A stretch of 64,000 bases of DNA from Eledone cirrhosa (lineage: Eukaryota): NCBI GenBank assembly GCA_964016885.1, contig OZ024760.1, positions 5,642,001 to 5,706,000 on the forward strand, given 5' to 3'. Both the position numbers and the translations under genes were made by a program. Positions 1 through 14,600 of the stretch are shown here, piece after piece (the stretch's first letter is position 1; each line of letters begins with the position of its first letter). The notes beneath the pieces are model-generated. The model was not told the DNA's origin. It was given only the letters and a program-made list of their open reading frames with translations, and made no database searches.

Positions 1-400
1 CCTCGATAAAAAGCACCCAGTTCACACTGTAAAGTGGTTGCTTTGGTTCCACGATAAAGGGCACCCACTCCACGCTTTAAAGTGGTTGTTTTTGGTGCCT
101 CGATAAAAAGCACCCAGTTCACACTGTAAAGTGGTTGCTTTGGTTCCACGATAAAGAGCACCCACTCCACGCTTTAAAGTGGTTGTTTTTGGTGCCTCGA
201 TAAAAAGCACCCAGTTCACACTGTAAAGTGGTTGCTTTGGTTCCACGATAAAGAGCACCCACTCCACGCTTTAAAGTGGTTGTTTTGGTGCCTCGATAAA
301 AAGCGCCCAGTTCACACTGTAAAATGGTTGCTTTGGTTCCACGATAAAGAGCACCCACTCCACGCTTTAAAGTGGTTGTTTTGGTGTTACGATAAAAAGC
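1..400. repeat. About 97-bp (2 x 48) tandem repeat derived from SINE body
   Basis: cctcgataaa recurs at 1, 98, 195 and 291; core aaaagcacccagttcacactgtaaagtgg matches the SINE interior. Confidence 0.85.
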
Positions 401-957
401 TGTATCGGCTTTTGCCTTTCCCTTCTACAACATCGGTGGCGTGGAGAGGGGAGCCTGGTCTGCAGGGGCGATTGCTGGTCTTCCGCAAACAACTTTGCCC
501 GGAGTTGTGCCTCGGAGGGGAACTTTCTGGGTGCAAATCCCATGGTCATTTGTGACCGAAGGAGGTCTTTACCCTGATTTATAAATGGGGGGAATACAAC
601 CATTTTTTAAGTACTTAAGAACTCAAAAGGACTGGTACTGGTCCTTTCCTACCTGACTAAGCTACACAAACATATATTAACTTTCACGATGAGGATATTA
701 ACCCAGACATAACTAAACGTTAAACTATGCAGCCATATCTCTCTCTTCTTCAGTATTAACTTTGAACTTGCTTCCCCTCTTTATCTATCTATCTATATAT
801 ATATATACGTACACACACATATATATATATATATATATACGTTTGTGTATATATACATGTTTGTGTATATATATATACAGACACACACGCACATACATAT
901 GTATACATGTGTGTGTATGTATATATATACACACACACACGTATACATGTGTGTGTG

Positions 958-994
<37 letters not shown>

Positions 995-2988
995 TCATAC
1001 ATATGTATACATGTGTGTGTGTATATATATATATAAACATACACAAACATGTATATGTATGTGTACATGTTACTTTGAACTTTCCAGATGATCTTTCAAA
1101 GGAAAGGAAGAACATGGCCGGCCTCTGTGTTTGTGGTGTGTATGTATGTATGTATGTGGTGTGTATGTGGTGTGTGTGTGTATGTATGTGGTGTGTATGT
1201 GTGTATGTGGTGTGTGTGTATGTATGATATAGTGGTGTGGTATGATTTTAGTATCCATGTGTGATGTGATGTAGTGTGTATGATGTGGAGTAGTATGTGA
1301 ATATGGTGTAGTGGTGTGGTATGTATATGTGTGTGTGTGTAGTGTATATATGGTGTAGTGGTGTGGTATGTATGTGTGTAGTGTAGTATGTGAATATGGT
1401 GTAGTGGTGTGGTATGTATATGTGTGTGTGTGTAGTGTATATATGGTGTAGTGGTGTGGTATGTATGTGTGTAGTGTAGTATGTGAATATGGTGTAGTGG
1501 TGTGGTATGTATGTGTGTGTGTGTGTAGTGTATATATGGTGTAGTGGTGTGGTATGTATATGTGTGTGTTTTGTGTATATATGTTGTAGTGGTGTGGTAT
1601 GTATGTGTAGTGTAGTATAGTATGTGAATATGGTGTAGTGGTGTGGTATGTATGTGTGTGTAGTGTAGTATGTATATATGGTGTAGTGGTGTGGTGTGTA
1701 GTGTAGTATGTATATATGGTGTAGTGGTGTGGTATGTATGTGTGTGTAGTGTAGTATGTGAATATGGTGTAGTGGTGTGGTATGTATATGTGTGTATGTT
1801 TTGTGTATATATGGTGTAGTGGTGTGGTATGTATGTGTGTGTAGTGTAGTATGTGAATATGGTGTAGTGGTGTGGTATGTGTGTGTGTAGTGTGGTATGT
1901 ATGTGTGTGTAGTGTAGTATGTGAATATGGTGTAGTGGTGTATGTATATGTGTGTGTGTTTTGTGTATATATGGTGTAGTGGTGTGGTATGTATGTGTGT
2001 GTAGTGTAGTATGTGAATATGGTGTAGTGGTGTGGTATGTATATGTGTGTATGTTTTGTGTATATATGGTGTAGTGGTGTGGTATGTATGTGTGTGTAGT
2101 GTAGTATGTATATATGGTGTGGTATGTATATGTGTGTATGTTTTGTGTATATATGGTGTAGTGGTGTGGTATGTATGTGTGTGTAGTGTAGTATGTGAAT
2201 ATGGTGTAGTGGTGTGGTATGTATATGTGTGTGTGTTTTGTGTATATATGGTGTAGTGGTGTGGTATGTGTGTGTGTGTGTGTGTAGTGTCGTATGTGAA
2301 TATGGTGTAGTGGTGTGGTATGTATATGTGTGTGTGTGTGTGTGTAGTGTAGTATGAATATGTATGTTTGAGTGTATATATGGTATAGTGGTGTGGTACA
2401 TATATGTGTGTGTTTGTGTATATATGGTATAGTGGTGTGGTACATATATGTGTGTGTTTGTGTATATATGGTATAGTGGTGTGGTACATATATGTGTGTG
2501 TTTGTGTATATATGGTATAGTGGTGTGGTGTGGTATGTATGTAGTATGTGTGATGTAGTGTGTATGGTATGGTGTGATGTAGTATGAAATAGTGTGTTTG
2601 TGTGTATGTATGGTGAGGTATGAATGTGGGAGTTAATGTGTGTGTGTATATATGGTGTAAATATGTGAGTGGTATGTATGTGTGTATGGTATGGTGTAGT
2701 GTGTGATGTAGTGTGTGTATGGTGTGGTGTGGTGGTGGTGGTGGTGGAGGACCTATTGAGTAAGAGTTATAAATCTATTTATATCAGTGATTTCACCAAT
2801 CTGTAGTGGAACACTATTATCAATAAGCGGCACACATATACATACATATATACACATATATATACATACACACATATATACATATACACACACACACACA
2901 ATGTATATATGTACATAAATACATAGATACATACATATACACATATACATGCATACCATAGTTTAGGGTCCATTTCTTTGCTAATTAC

Positions 2989-3027
<39 letters not shown>

Positions 3028-3962
3028 TGTGTATATATATATATATACACACACATACAAATATTCACTGATACAGAAACACACATACACACACCACCCT
3101 CCAGTTATTCTACTTTATATCATTAACACTAGTTAACCACCTTCATTACTATCAGGGTATATAACAATGAGAGTATATAGCAATAGGGTGTATAATAATA
3201 GGGTGTATAGATATCAGGGTATATAACAATGAAAGTATATAGCAATCAGGGTGTATAACAATAGAGAGTATATAGCAGTCAGAGTATTTAGCAGCCAGGG
3301 TATATAACAATCAGGCTATATAGTAGTCAGGGTATATAACAGTCAGGGTAATTAGTAGTCAGGGTGTATATGATCTAAAATAGAAGAACGACCAGTAAAC
3401 AATGTTATCAATAATATGGTAGATGTGTGTATATGTATGTACGCATGTGTGTGCATATATATGTATATTGATATATGTGTGTGTACATATATAAGTGTAT
3501 ATTAGTTTGTGTGTGTGTATATATAAATATTGATATATGCGTGTGTCTGAATAGATATGTGTGGATGTCTGTGTACTGATGTGTGTGTATATAGGTGTAT
3601 GTATGTGTATGTATATATGTATGTATGTGTGAATATATATGTGTACATAGGTGTGAATGTATGTGTACATAAGTGTGTATATATATATGTGTGTATATGT
3701 ATATATCTGTATGTGTATACATGTGTGTGTGTGTATATATGTGTGTAAGTGTGTGTGTATATATATCTGTATGTATATATGAGTGTATGTGTGTGTGTAT
3801 ATGTATCTGTATGTATACATGTGTGTGTGTGTGTGTATATATATGTGTATATGTATATGTATGTATGTGTGTGTATACATGTGTGTATGTGTATATATAT
3901 ATATGTGTGTAAGTGTGTATATATGTGTATATGTGTGTGTGTATATATATATATGTGTGTAA

Positions 3963-4007
<45 letters not shown>

Positions 4008-4789
4008 AGTGTATATGTTAATATAATCTATTTCTTCTCACAATGTACTGATACAGTTTTGTTCAGTGATATTAATAGATGGGAAGAGGAAGGGTGACTC
4101 TTCCTTCCCCTCACTCTCACTCTCTACCGTCCTCCTCCTCTCCCTCTTCATCTGGAAGGTCAGCTGTAATACCTCGAAATATTATGTCTCCCTTCCTTCT
4201 CTCTCTCTCTCTCAAACACCCAAAACTATGAGGACCACCCAAGGATCTCCAAAGGACCACGTGAGGGTCACCAGAGGACCACCAGAGAGTGATGTGGATG
4301 AGAGAGGGAGGGAGAAATGATGATTTCTAGAATAGGCACAAGGCCAGTAATTTGGGGGAGGGGCAAGTCGATTAAATCGACCCCAGTGTGCTACTGGTAC
4401 TTTATTTTATCGACCCTGTCAGGATGAAAGGTAAAGCTAACGATGGCATGATTTGAACTCAAAGCGTAAAGGGCCATAACTGTGCAATTAAGCGTGTTGT
4501 CCAACTTATTCTGCCAATCCAAGAATGGCAGACATTTGAAGCTGAAAAGTAAAGAATATAAAACTAAACACTAATTACTAGTCAGTGTTTATTTCACAGC
4601 TCTATCAACTGGGATACTCTTAAATACATCCTTGTTTTATCTACCTCATCCTAGAATGGGGTGGATGACAGATTTTAAGACAGATTTCTAGGGCCAAATT
4701 CTCTTCCTCATGTCAAACACACCCTAATAATGACAGCTTGGCTGTTTTATTAAAAAAAAAGAAAACATTTATTTAACAGCTGTTGTGAG

Positions 4790-5071
4790 TAACACAAGAG
4801 TGTAATATATTTTACAGCAAAGGCTTAAGTTCCATAATTTTTCTATAAATGAAGGCTTCTGCAATATCTCTGTTAACAAATAAATATGTATAACACTAGA
4901 GTACATTTTATAACGAAGGCTTGAGTTCCATAATTTTTTCTATAATTCAAGGCTTCTTCAATATCTCTGTTAACAAATCAATGTTGTATAATTTGTGTCT
5001 GTGTGTAACAGAAGAGTATATTTTACAGCGAAGGCTTCTGCAATATCTCTGTTAACAAATCAATGTGTATA

Positions 5072-5106
<35 letters not shown>

Positions 5107-6400
5107 AAACACAAGAGTATATTTTACAGTGAAGGCTTGAGTTCCATAATTTTTCTATAAATGAAGGCTTCTGCAATATCTCTGTTAACAGATCAATGTG
5201 TATAACACTAGAGTACATTTTATAATGAAGGCTTAAGTTCCATATTTTGTCTATAAATGAAGGCTTCTGCAATATCTCTGTAAACAAATAAATGTATTTT
5301 ATGTATGTAACACAAGAGTATATTTTATAATGAAGGTTTCAGTCACATAACTTCTTTTATAAATTAAAAAGTCTTCAGCAATCATAAAACCATTATAAGA
5401 TCAATGACATATAATTTATGTAACAGTAGAGTACGTTTTATAACGAAGTGTTGAGCTGCCATAACTTCTCTAAAGACTTTGGAAATAATATATCTGTTAA
5501 CAAATCAATGTTCTATAAATTATATTTCTAACACAAGAGTATATTTTATTTTATAGCAAAGGGTTGAGCTTCATAACTTCTATAAATTATGTTTCTAACA
5601 CGAGAGTATCATATTTCCCAGCCTCGAAGACGCTACTTTTTTCTTAAAATAAGTCTCAAAAATCTACTGTGGGTCCTGGAGGCCGAAGGTTGTTTATTAT
5701 TATTTTTTTTAATTTTTGGTTGTCACAATTAGGGTGCGTCCTCGATGACGAAGCGTCTTCGGCGCTGGGAAATACGGTATATTTTATTTCATAGCGAAGG
5801 GTTGAGTTCTATAAATTATGAGTCTAACACAAAAATATATATTATTTTATAGCAACGGGTTGAGCTCCATAACTTCTATATATTATGTGTCTAACACAAG
5901 AACATATTTTATTTCATAGCAAACAGTTGAGCCTCATAACTTCTATAAATTATGTGTCTAACACATAAAAGTATATTTTATTTCATAGCAAACAGTTGAG
6001 CCTCATAACTCCTATAAATTATGTGTCTAACACATAAAAGTATATTTTATTTCATAGCAAACAGTTGAGCCTCATAACTTCTATAAATTATGTGTCTAAT
6101 ACATAAAAGTATATTTTATTTCATAGCAAACAGTTGAGCCTCATAACTTCTATAAATTATGAGTCTAACATAAGAGTAGCAATGGCTTGAGCTTCATAAC
6201 TTCTATATATTATATGTCTAACACATAAAAGTATATTTTATTTTATAGCAAACATTTGAGCCTCATAACTCCTATATATTATGTGTCTAACACATAAAAG
6301 TATATTTTATTTTATAGCAAACAGTTGAGCCTCATAACTTCTATATATTATGTGTCTAACACATGACTATATTTTATTTCATAGCGAAAGGTTGACTTCT
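4790..6400. repeat. Degenerate AT-rich tandem arrays (about 95-bp then about 69-bp units)
   Basis: Recurring gaaggcttctgcaatatctctgttaaca and atagcaaacagttgagcctcataact. Confidence 0.8.
5609..5777. mobile_element. Tc1/mariner (pogo/Tigger-like) MITE with TA target duplication
   Basis: TIRs tcatatttcccagcctcgaagacgc / gcgtcttcggcgctgggaaatacgg; TA on both sides; neighbouring tandem units show the empty site. Confidence 0.8.
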
Positions 6401-6599
6401 ATAAATTCTTTTATAATTAAAGGCCTCAGCAATTAAATATCAGTTATAGATGAATGTTGCATTATAAGTTCAGTTTCATCATTAAGGTATGAAGTTCTCA
6501 GATATTACTAACTGGGCATACAGACATGTTTTTTAAAAAGGAAGATACATATATATACTCATACACACACACATATATATATAGATAGTTAGATATACA

Positions 6600-6652
<53 letters not shown>

Positions 6653-6971
6653 ATACAACATACTTCTCCTTCCTTCTACCAACATCTCAAAACTACTTTT
6701 AACAACAGTAAAAGACCATCCACGAAAGAAAGAATGGTAAAATGGTTGTCTTACTATGCTGTTTACTAAGGTATTACTAAGTTAGTACTAACTTAGTATT
6801 AAGTTATTACTAAGTTAGCTAGAGTTAGCTATATTACTAGGCAATAACCACTCTTGCTATATATAAAGTTTCTATAGAGTTTTATATACATACATATAAA
6901 TACATACATACTTACATATCTATCTATCCATATATATGTATATATATATATACATACATTATATGCATATG

Positions 6972-7027
<56 letters not shown>

Positions 7028-7184
7028 CATACACACATGTATATAAATATATATATATACACACATATGTAACATGTATATATGCATATATACACACACA
7101 CATATATGTAACACCAACCTGGAACAATATCAATTGTTGATGTAAAAGACATCATCATCATCAACACTGGTCGTGTTGAGTCAT

Positions 7185-7640
7185 AGGATATCACACAGAG
7201 ATATGAAACATAACCAATGATAAGTTAGTCATATAGATATGAAATATCACACAGGGATATGATACAAACCATTGGTATATGATATAAGCATGGGATATCA
7301 CACAGGGATATGATACAAACCATTGGTATATGATATAAGCATGGGATATCACACAGGGATATGATACAAACCCATTAGTATAGGATATCACCATGAAATA
7401 TCAAACAGGGGTATGATACAAACCCATTGGTATATGATATCTGTATAAAATATCACACAGGGATACGATACAAACCCATTGGTATAGGATATCAGCATGG
7501 GATATCACACAGAGATATGATACAAAACAATTGGTATAAGATATCAGCATGGGATATGGCACAGGTGCCATGATACAAACCCATTGGTATAGGATATCAG
7601 CATAGAGTATCACACAGGGGTATGATACAAACCCATTGGT
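7185..7640. repeat. About 51-bp tandem repeat
   Basis: gggatatcacacagggatatgatacaaacc(c)attggtata recurs. Confidence 0.8.
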
Positions 7641-8186
7641 AAGTCAGTCATATCAATATATTAAAGAAAAACTAATGGAATGGTGATAAGTAAATGATAT
7701 CAGCATAGGGTATCTCACTGGGCTCAGTAAGCAAGCAACTGTAATATATCATATATTAACCTTCTGGAGGCTTAATACTTTTATGAATTGCTTCCCTTGA
7801 CACTGTATTATGTATTAAGGGGAGTTTACTCTTTTGGTGACTTCAGTCCCCTGCAGCGTCAAGAGGATTAATAATTCTACTGTTTTTTTTTTAATTATGT
7901 TTTTTTGTTGTTTTTTTACTGCTTTAGGAAAATCATATTAGTTTCCACATAAAGAAGTATTTGTGTGTGGAGGAGGAGAAGACATTTTATACACTGAGTA
8001 TAGAGGGGTGGGGTGGGAGTGAGAAGACAGTAATGGAAAATGTGGGTTTTTTAAATTGGATTAACTAAAGGTAGTGGGTGGGGGTTATAAAGAAGATTTG
8101 AAAGATAAGTGTACACCTTGTTATGTTGAAGAGGCCATAGAATCACCCCCCCCCCCACCCCCACACACATATATATGAGTGTATAC

Positions 8187-8222
<36 letters not shown>

Positions 8223-8256
8223 ATATATATATATGTATCCATATATATATATGTAT

Positions 8257-8291
<35 letters not shown>

Positions 8292-8323
8292 CACACACAC
8301 ACACATTCACATATATATATATA

Positions 8324-8367
<44 letters not shown>

Positions 8368-8765
8368 CACACACACATTATATATATATACAATCAAAAC
8401 TTCCATAACATACATACATAAATATATATACGTATGTATGTGTGTATATATATATATGTTTATATAATTCTCTTTTTTTATATATTTTACTTAATTTGTC
8501 CTTTCTTTTTTTTTTTTTTGTCAAATTTCATGAAGAAGTTGGTAATTTGAAATAAGAAAAACTCATTTGTTTTTTATAACTCCTTAGAGTTGGTGTTAAC
8601 ATCACATAGCACTGCAGCTATTCACCATAATGTCTGTTTGTCTTTTTATCTTTTCCTCTCTAAAACTGCAAATTAATTTAAAAAAAAAAAAAAAAATGTC
8701 CTTTTTTTTTTTTTTTCTTATTACGCTTCAATTTACAGGCAAAAAATAATTGAGGCACGAAAGCC

Positions 8766-8771
8766 TTTATT
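8766..8771 (-). promoter_or_regulatory. Candidate polyadenylation signal AATAAA
   Basis: First AATAAA about 45 nt after the stop. AT-rich context, so the 3' UTR may extend further. Confidence 0.3.
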
Positions 8772-8814
8772 TGAATTAAATCATTAAAAATAAAAAATAT
8801 GTAAAGTCAGTTAT

Positions 8815-8955
8815 TCAGTCATCATCTTCACTGTTGATGACATCCGAAGATTTTTCGTCTGCTTTAATTTCTAAGGAGATTGTTTCCTCGTGGTGGGTTT
8901 CACGCTGTGATTCTCGGTAAGCTTCTCTTATAGCATCAAGCTCCGCTAATTCAGC
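8815..8955 (-). CDS. TBC1D2B: TBC1D2-like terminal coding exon ([13 protein letters not shown]...SEDDD*)
   Basis: atccag acceptor, 141 nt ending TGA; AELxEL motif. Confidence 0.9.
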   Translation of the reverse strand, partial: AELAELDAIREAYRESQRETHHEETISLEIKADEKSSDVINSEDDD

Positions 8956-10477
8956 CTGGATTGTAGAAAAAGAAAAATATATATATATCATCATCATCAT
9001 CATCGTCGTTGTTTAACATCCATCTTCCATGCTAGCATGGGTTTATCCCACTTGAGGTAAGATTGGTCAGGTGACCATGTCTCACAAGTATAGAATTGTT
9101 TCTATATGTCGACAGTCGATCGACTTTCGTCAAGTGGGACCGAGGAAACAATGTTTCCATTGGTCTTTCCAATTGCTAATACTATCTATCAGTCTCAACT
9201 CCAGGTAGAAGGAGCAACGTGAAATAAAGTGTCTTGCTCAAGGACATAACGCATCGCTCGGTCCAGGAATGAAACTCACAACCTCAAGATTGTGAATCCA
9301 ATTCTCTAACCACTCAGCCACGCGCCTTCTTTCTATATATAATTCCATTATAATGAATACCATTATAACAAATTTTTCAGTATAACAAAAAAGTTTTCAG
9401 TCTCAGAACTAACAACAAACAAACACTGGATGTATTTCAGTCGATCTTGTTATAAAGAATTTTTCATTACAACAAATTTTTTTTATACCCCATGAATTTT
9501 GTTTAATGGAATTTCACTATATATATATATATATCATCATCAACGTTTAACGTCCATATTCCACGCTTGCATGGGTTTGGACGGGAGTTTTCCCACTTGA
9601 GGCAAGATTGGTTGTCTTGCTCATATAGGACTGTCTGGCGGGTTTTCTACGGCTGGATGCACTTCCTAACACCAACCACATTTACAGTGTGGACTGGGAG
9701 GTTTTTACCGTGTTACCTACACGGCCACATTACAGCGTGGACTGTGTGGTTTTTTGTTGTGATACCTACACGACCTCATTTGTTTCGGGCTGGATGTTGT
9801 GGTACCAACATAACTTTACATTGAAAAGGGTTGTGTGGATGGGGTGGGGGTAGTGGGACGGGGGTGTATTTTGTTAGAGGTGCCTACTGTCTGTAGTAGG
9901 TTTCACTTTGTACTTAGGTAAGGCGGGTCTTCTCTATTACTGTGTAGCGCCAAAGATCTCGGTCCAGTGACATTGTCTTGGAGAGGTGTAAGTGTGTGAG
10001 GTCGTAATTTATCAAGTCGGCCCAGGTTTTTCTGGGTCTGCCTACTCCGTGGCTACCGTCTATTTTTATTGCCCTGCACTTTTTTATACAGCTGTCGTCT
10101 TTCATGCGTATCATGTGACCGTACCAACGTAGTCTTCTCTCGAGTAAACAACATCTGATCCCTCTTATTTCTAATTTTTCCCTTAGTTCGTTAATGCTTT
10201 GCCGTTCATGTATATTACTATTACACATCCAACGGAGCATGCAAGCTTCGTTTCTATCTAGTTTGCGTATATCCTCTGCACACAATGCCATGCAACATTG
10301 CTGTTCGTATGCAGGCATCATACAGCCTGCCTTTCATTTTTAGGGAGAACCCTTTAGTGGCTAATAGTGGTATAAGCTCTCTGAACTTTTTCCATCCAGT
10401 TCTGACTCTAGGTGCCCTATTTTCCTTCCTACAAACTAGAACTTTAGTCTTAGACAGGTTAATTTTAAGCCCTTTTG

Positions 10478-10532
<55 letters not shown>

Positions 10533-11388
10533 TGTGTATATGTATGACAGTGTGTGTGTATGATAGTGTGTACATATGACTGTGTGTGTGTATGGCATAG
10601 TGTGTGTATGTATGACAGTGTGTGTGTGTGTCTATGACAGTGTGAGTATGTATGAGTGACAGTGTGTATGTGTGTGTATGTGACATGGTGTGTGTGTGTG
10701 TGTGTGTTTGTGACAGTGTGTGTATGACAGTGTGAGTGTGTATGTGTGTATGACAGTGTCTGCGTATATAACATCTCAATAGAAATTATGAATACCAGGT
10801 AAAAGTTCTCACCTTGACTATTTGGATGTGAATCTGTCTTTTGTAAGCAACTGACCTCATTGGGAATGGATTGAGCCAATGGAAGGCAATCTGGAAGAAC
10901 AGAACATAGCATAATCATCATCATCATCATCATCATTACCAACACCACTAACATCACTAACCCCAGCCCCACCACTTTATCTCATTGAAACCCCCCTCCT
11001 CCCCACACGTATGGGTGGGATTTCATCTCAGGATATAAAGAAACAGAACAAGCCAAAGCCAAAGCAAACAGACAGTATGCTCCCACCCCCTGGATTTAAT
11101 CAAGGTACTAAGATTTAATCGAGGTACTACCTTGATTAAATCTTAACCATCTAACATGTCAGGGTATGTCATGTATCATTTTATTTTATCTGATGAGGAC
11201 GTACTGTTGAACCTGATTCAAGTACCTCTGAAATATGTATAATAAAATTTAATTGATCACAAGAACATCTATTTTGTTAATATTTGAATTAATATTAATA
11301 ACTCTGGAAAATATTTTTTCCTGTAGAGTGCTTCCAATCTATTGTAAAACTCATTCTTTGATGTACTCATTGAATCTAGTTTAACTCC

Positions 11389-11445
<57 letters not shown>

Positions 11446-11636
11446 CGAAGGAAATGTGGTAAGGAACCAAGTGGACCATAACGCACCCACCAAAGTACTC
11501 AATATATAGGGTAGTAGAGTGGATAATAGGAGCGAGTAGGACCCCGACGGCTGAGCTCAAGCCATTTCGACGGCTAATTCTGGACTGAATTAGCCGTCGA
11601 AACGGCTTGAGCTCAGCCGTCGGGGTCCTACTCGTT

Positions 11637-11673
<37 letters not shown>

Positions 11674-14600
11674 CGTTTCTGAATTTGTTTAGCAAGATTT
11701 TTTATCTGAAATCGTGTGTTGAAACCGATATTGTTATACTTTGGGAGGGTCATGTTGCCAATAAGAAACACAAGCACCAGTTGCTTTCACTTCAATTTAT
11801 TATATATTTATAAATTTATAAATTTACAAATTTACAAACTTATAAATTTCTGGTTGGTTGGTTGGTTCCACAACCAGATAGTTGTTTATATATAGTCATA
11901 GTCCTTTCGTCACACACTCTGTGACCTCTTCAGTGACTGGGGATTCCTTTCTTTGTTTCTGTGCCTTCCCTTTCTTCTATCCTACGCCATTTTGTTTCTG
12001 TGTGTCATATATATATGTGTGTATACACACACACAAAGTACTAAATCCACCCACTTCTTTGTGGTGACATGATAAAACCTTTAGCAGCCTCATTTCATCA
12101 GATAGTTCTGCATCTTCCTCAATGACTCTCTTTGATGTCTTGAGAGATCTTCCATGTTTGTGTTTCACATCAGTGGGGTCCCATAGTAAAGCTTTTGTAG
12201 CAGGTTTGTTCCCTCTCATGACATAACCTGCACGCTGAAGACACCTGACACTGGTGGTATGGTTAGTGAGTGCGAGGTTGCCATAGAGGAAGTTTTTAGA
12301 ATGATGTGGTTTTGAGTATAGAAAGCAGTACTGTTGATAACAATAGTAACAACATCATCATCACCGTTTTAGGTCCATTTTCCATACTAGCATGGGTTAG
12401 ACGAGTGGTCCAGTTGTGGGCAATGCTAGGTCAGGTGACCATGTCTTGCTCATACAGAACTGATTTTAACTTTGTTTCTACAGCTAGATGCCCTTCCTAA
12501 CGCCAACCTCATTTACAGTGAGTACTGGCTGCTTTTTGTCATGACACCTACACAACCACTTTACAGTGTGGACTGTGTGCTTTTTGTCATGACACCTACA
12601 CAACCACTTTACAATGTGGACTGTGTGCTTTTTGCCATGACACCTACACAATCACTTTACATTGTGGACTGTGTGCTTTTTGTCATGACACCTACACGTA
12701 TCCACTTTACAATGTGGACTGTGTGCTTTTTGCCATGACACCTACACAACCACTTTACAATGTGGACTGTGTGCTTTTTGTCATGACACCTACACAACCA
12801 CTTTACAATGTGGACTGTGTGCTTTTTGTCATGAGACCTTCATAACCACTTTACAATGTGGACTGTGTGCTTTTTGTCATGACACCTACACAACCACTTT
12901 ACAATGTGGACTGTGTGCTTTTTGCCATGACACCTACACAACCACTTTACAATGTGGACTGTGTGCTTTTTGTCATGACACCTACACAACCACTTTACAA
13001 TGTGGACTGTGTGCTTTTTGCCATGAGACCTACACAACCACTTTACAATGTAGACTGTGTGCTTTTTGTCATGACACCTACACAACCACTTTACAATGTG
13101 GACTGTGTGCTTTTTGTCATGACACCTTTATAACCACTTTACAATGTGGACTGTGTGCTTTTTGACATGACACCTACACAACCACTTTACAATGTGGACT
13201 GTGTGCTTTTTGCCATGAGACCTACACAACCACTTTACAATGTGGACTGTGTGCTTTTTGTCATGACACCTACACAACCACTTTACAATGTGGACTGTGT
13301 GCTTTTTGTCATGACACCTACACAACCACTTTACAATGTGGACTGTGTGCTTTTTGTCATGACACCTACACAACCACTTTACAATGTGGACTGTGTGCTT
13401 TTTGTCATGAGACCTACACAACCACTTTACAATGTGGACTGTGTGCTTTTTGTCATGACACCTACACAACCACTTTTCAATGTGGACTGTGTGCTTTTTG
13501 TCATGACACCTAGACAACCACTTTACAATGTGGACTGTGTGCTTTTTGTCATGACACCTACACAACCACTTTACAATGTGGACTGTGTGCTTTTTGCCAT
13601 GACACCTACACAACCACTTTACAATGTGGACTGTGTTTTTTGTCATGACGCCTACACAACCACTTTACAATGTGGACTGTGTGCTTTTTGCCATGAGACC
13701 TACACAACCACTTTACAATGTGGACTGTGTGCTTTTTGTCATGACACCTACACAACCACTTTACAATGTGGACTGTGTGCTTTTTGTCATGAGACCTACA
13801 CAACCACTTTACAATGTGGACTGTGTGCTTTTTGTCATGACACCTACACAACCACTTTTCAATGTGGACTGTGTGCTTTTTGTCATGACACCTAGACAAC
13901 CACTTTACAATGTGGACTGTGTGCTTTTTGTCATGACACCTACACAACCACTTTACAATGTGGACTGTGTGCTTTTTGTCATGACACCTACACAACCACT
14001 TTACAATGTGGACTGTGTGCTTTTTGTCATGAGACCTACACAACCACTTTACAATGTGGACTGTGTGCTTTTTGTCATGACACCTACACAACCACTTTTC
14101 AATGTGGACTGTGTGCTTTTTGTCATGACACCTAGACAACCACTTTACAATGTGGACTGTGTGCTTTTTGTCATGACACCTACACAACCACTTTACAATG
14201 TGGACTGTGTGCTTTTTGCCATGACACCTACACAACCACTTTACAATGTGGACTGTGTTTTTTGTCATGACACCTACACAACCACTTTACAATGTGGACT
14301 GTGTGCTTTTTGTCATGACAGCTACACAACCATTTTACAATGTGGACTGTGTGCTTTTTGCCATGAGACCTACACAACCACTTTACAATGTGGACTGTGT
14401 GCTTTTTGCCATGACACCTACACAACCACTTTACAATGTGGACTGTGTGCTTTTTGTCACGAGACCTACACAACCACTTTACAATGTGGACTGTGTGCTT
14501 TTTGTCACGAGACCTACAATGACGACAGCAACTACAACAACTGCTCTGAAGATGTATACCAGACAGAGTCCTTCGTGTGTGAAATGACATATATAATTAC

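Noticed and set aside
2775-2830. Possible decayed hammerhead on the minus strand (TTGATAA...GAAA-TCACTGATA); weak candidates also at 14547, 22205, 50499 and 58455
   Set aside because: The core is mutated or a stem is missing, so they cannot be distinguished from chance by eye.
12520-14518. CRISPR-like regular repeats (also 38013-38555 and 54760-57012)
   Set aside because: The units are contiguous with no unique spacers, there are no cas genes, and the context is a eukaryotic intron.
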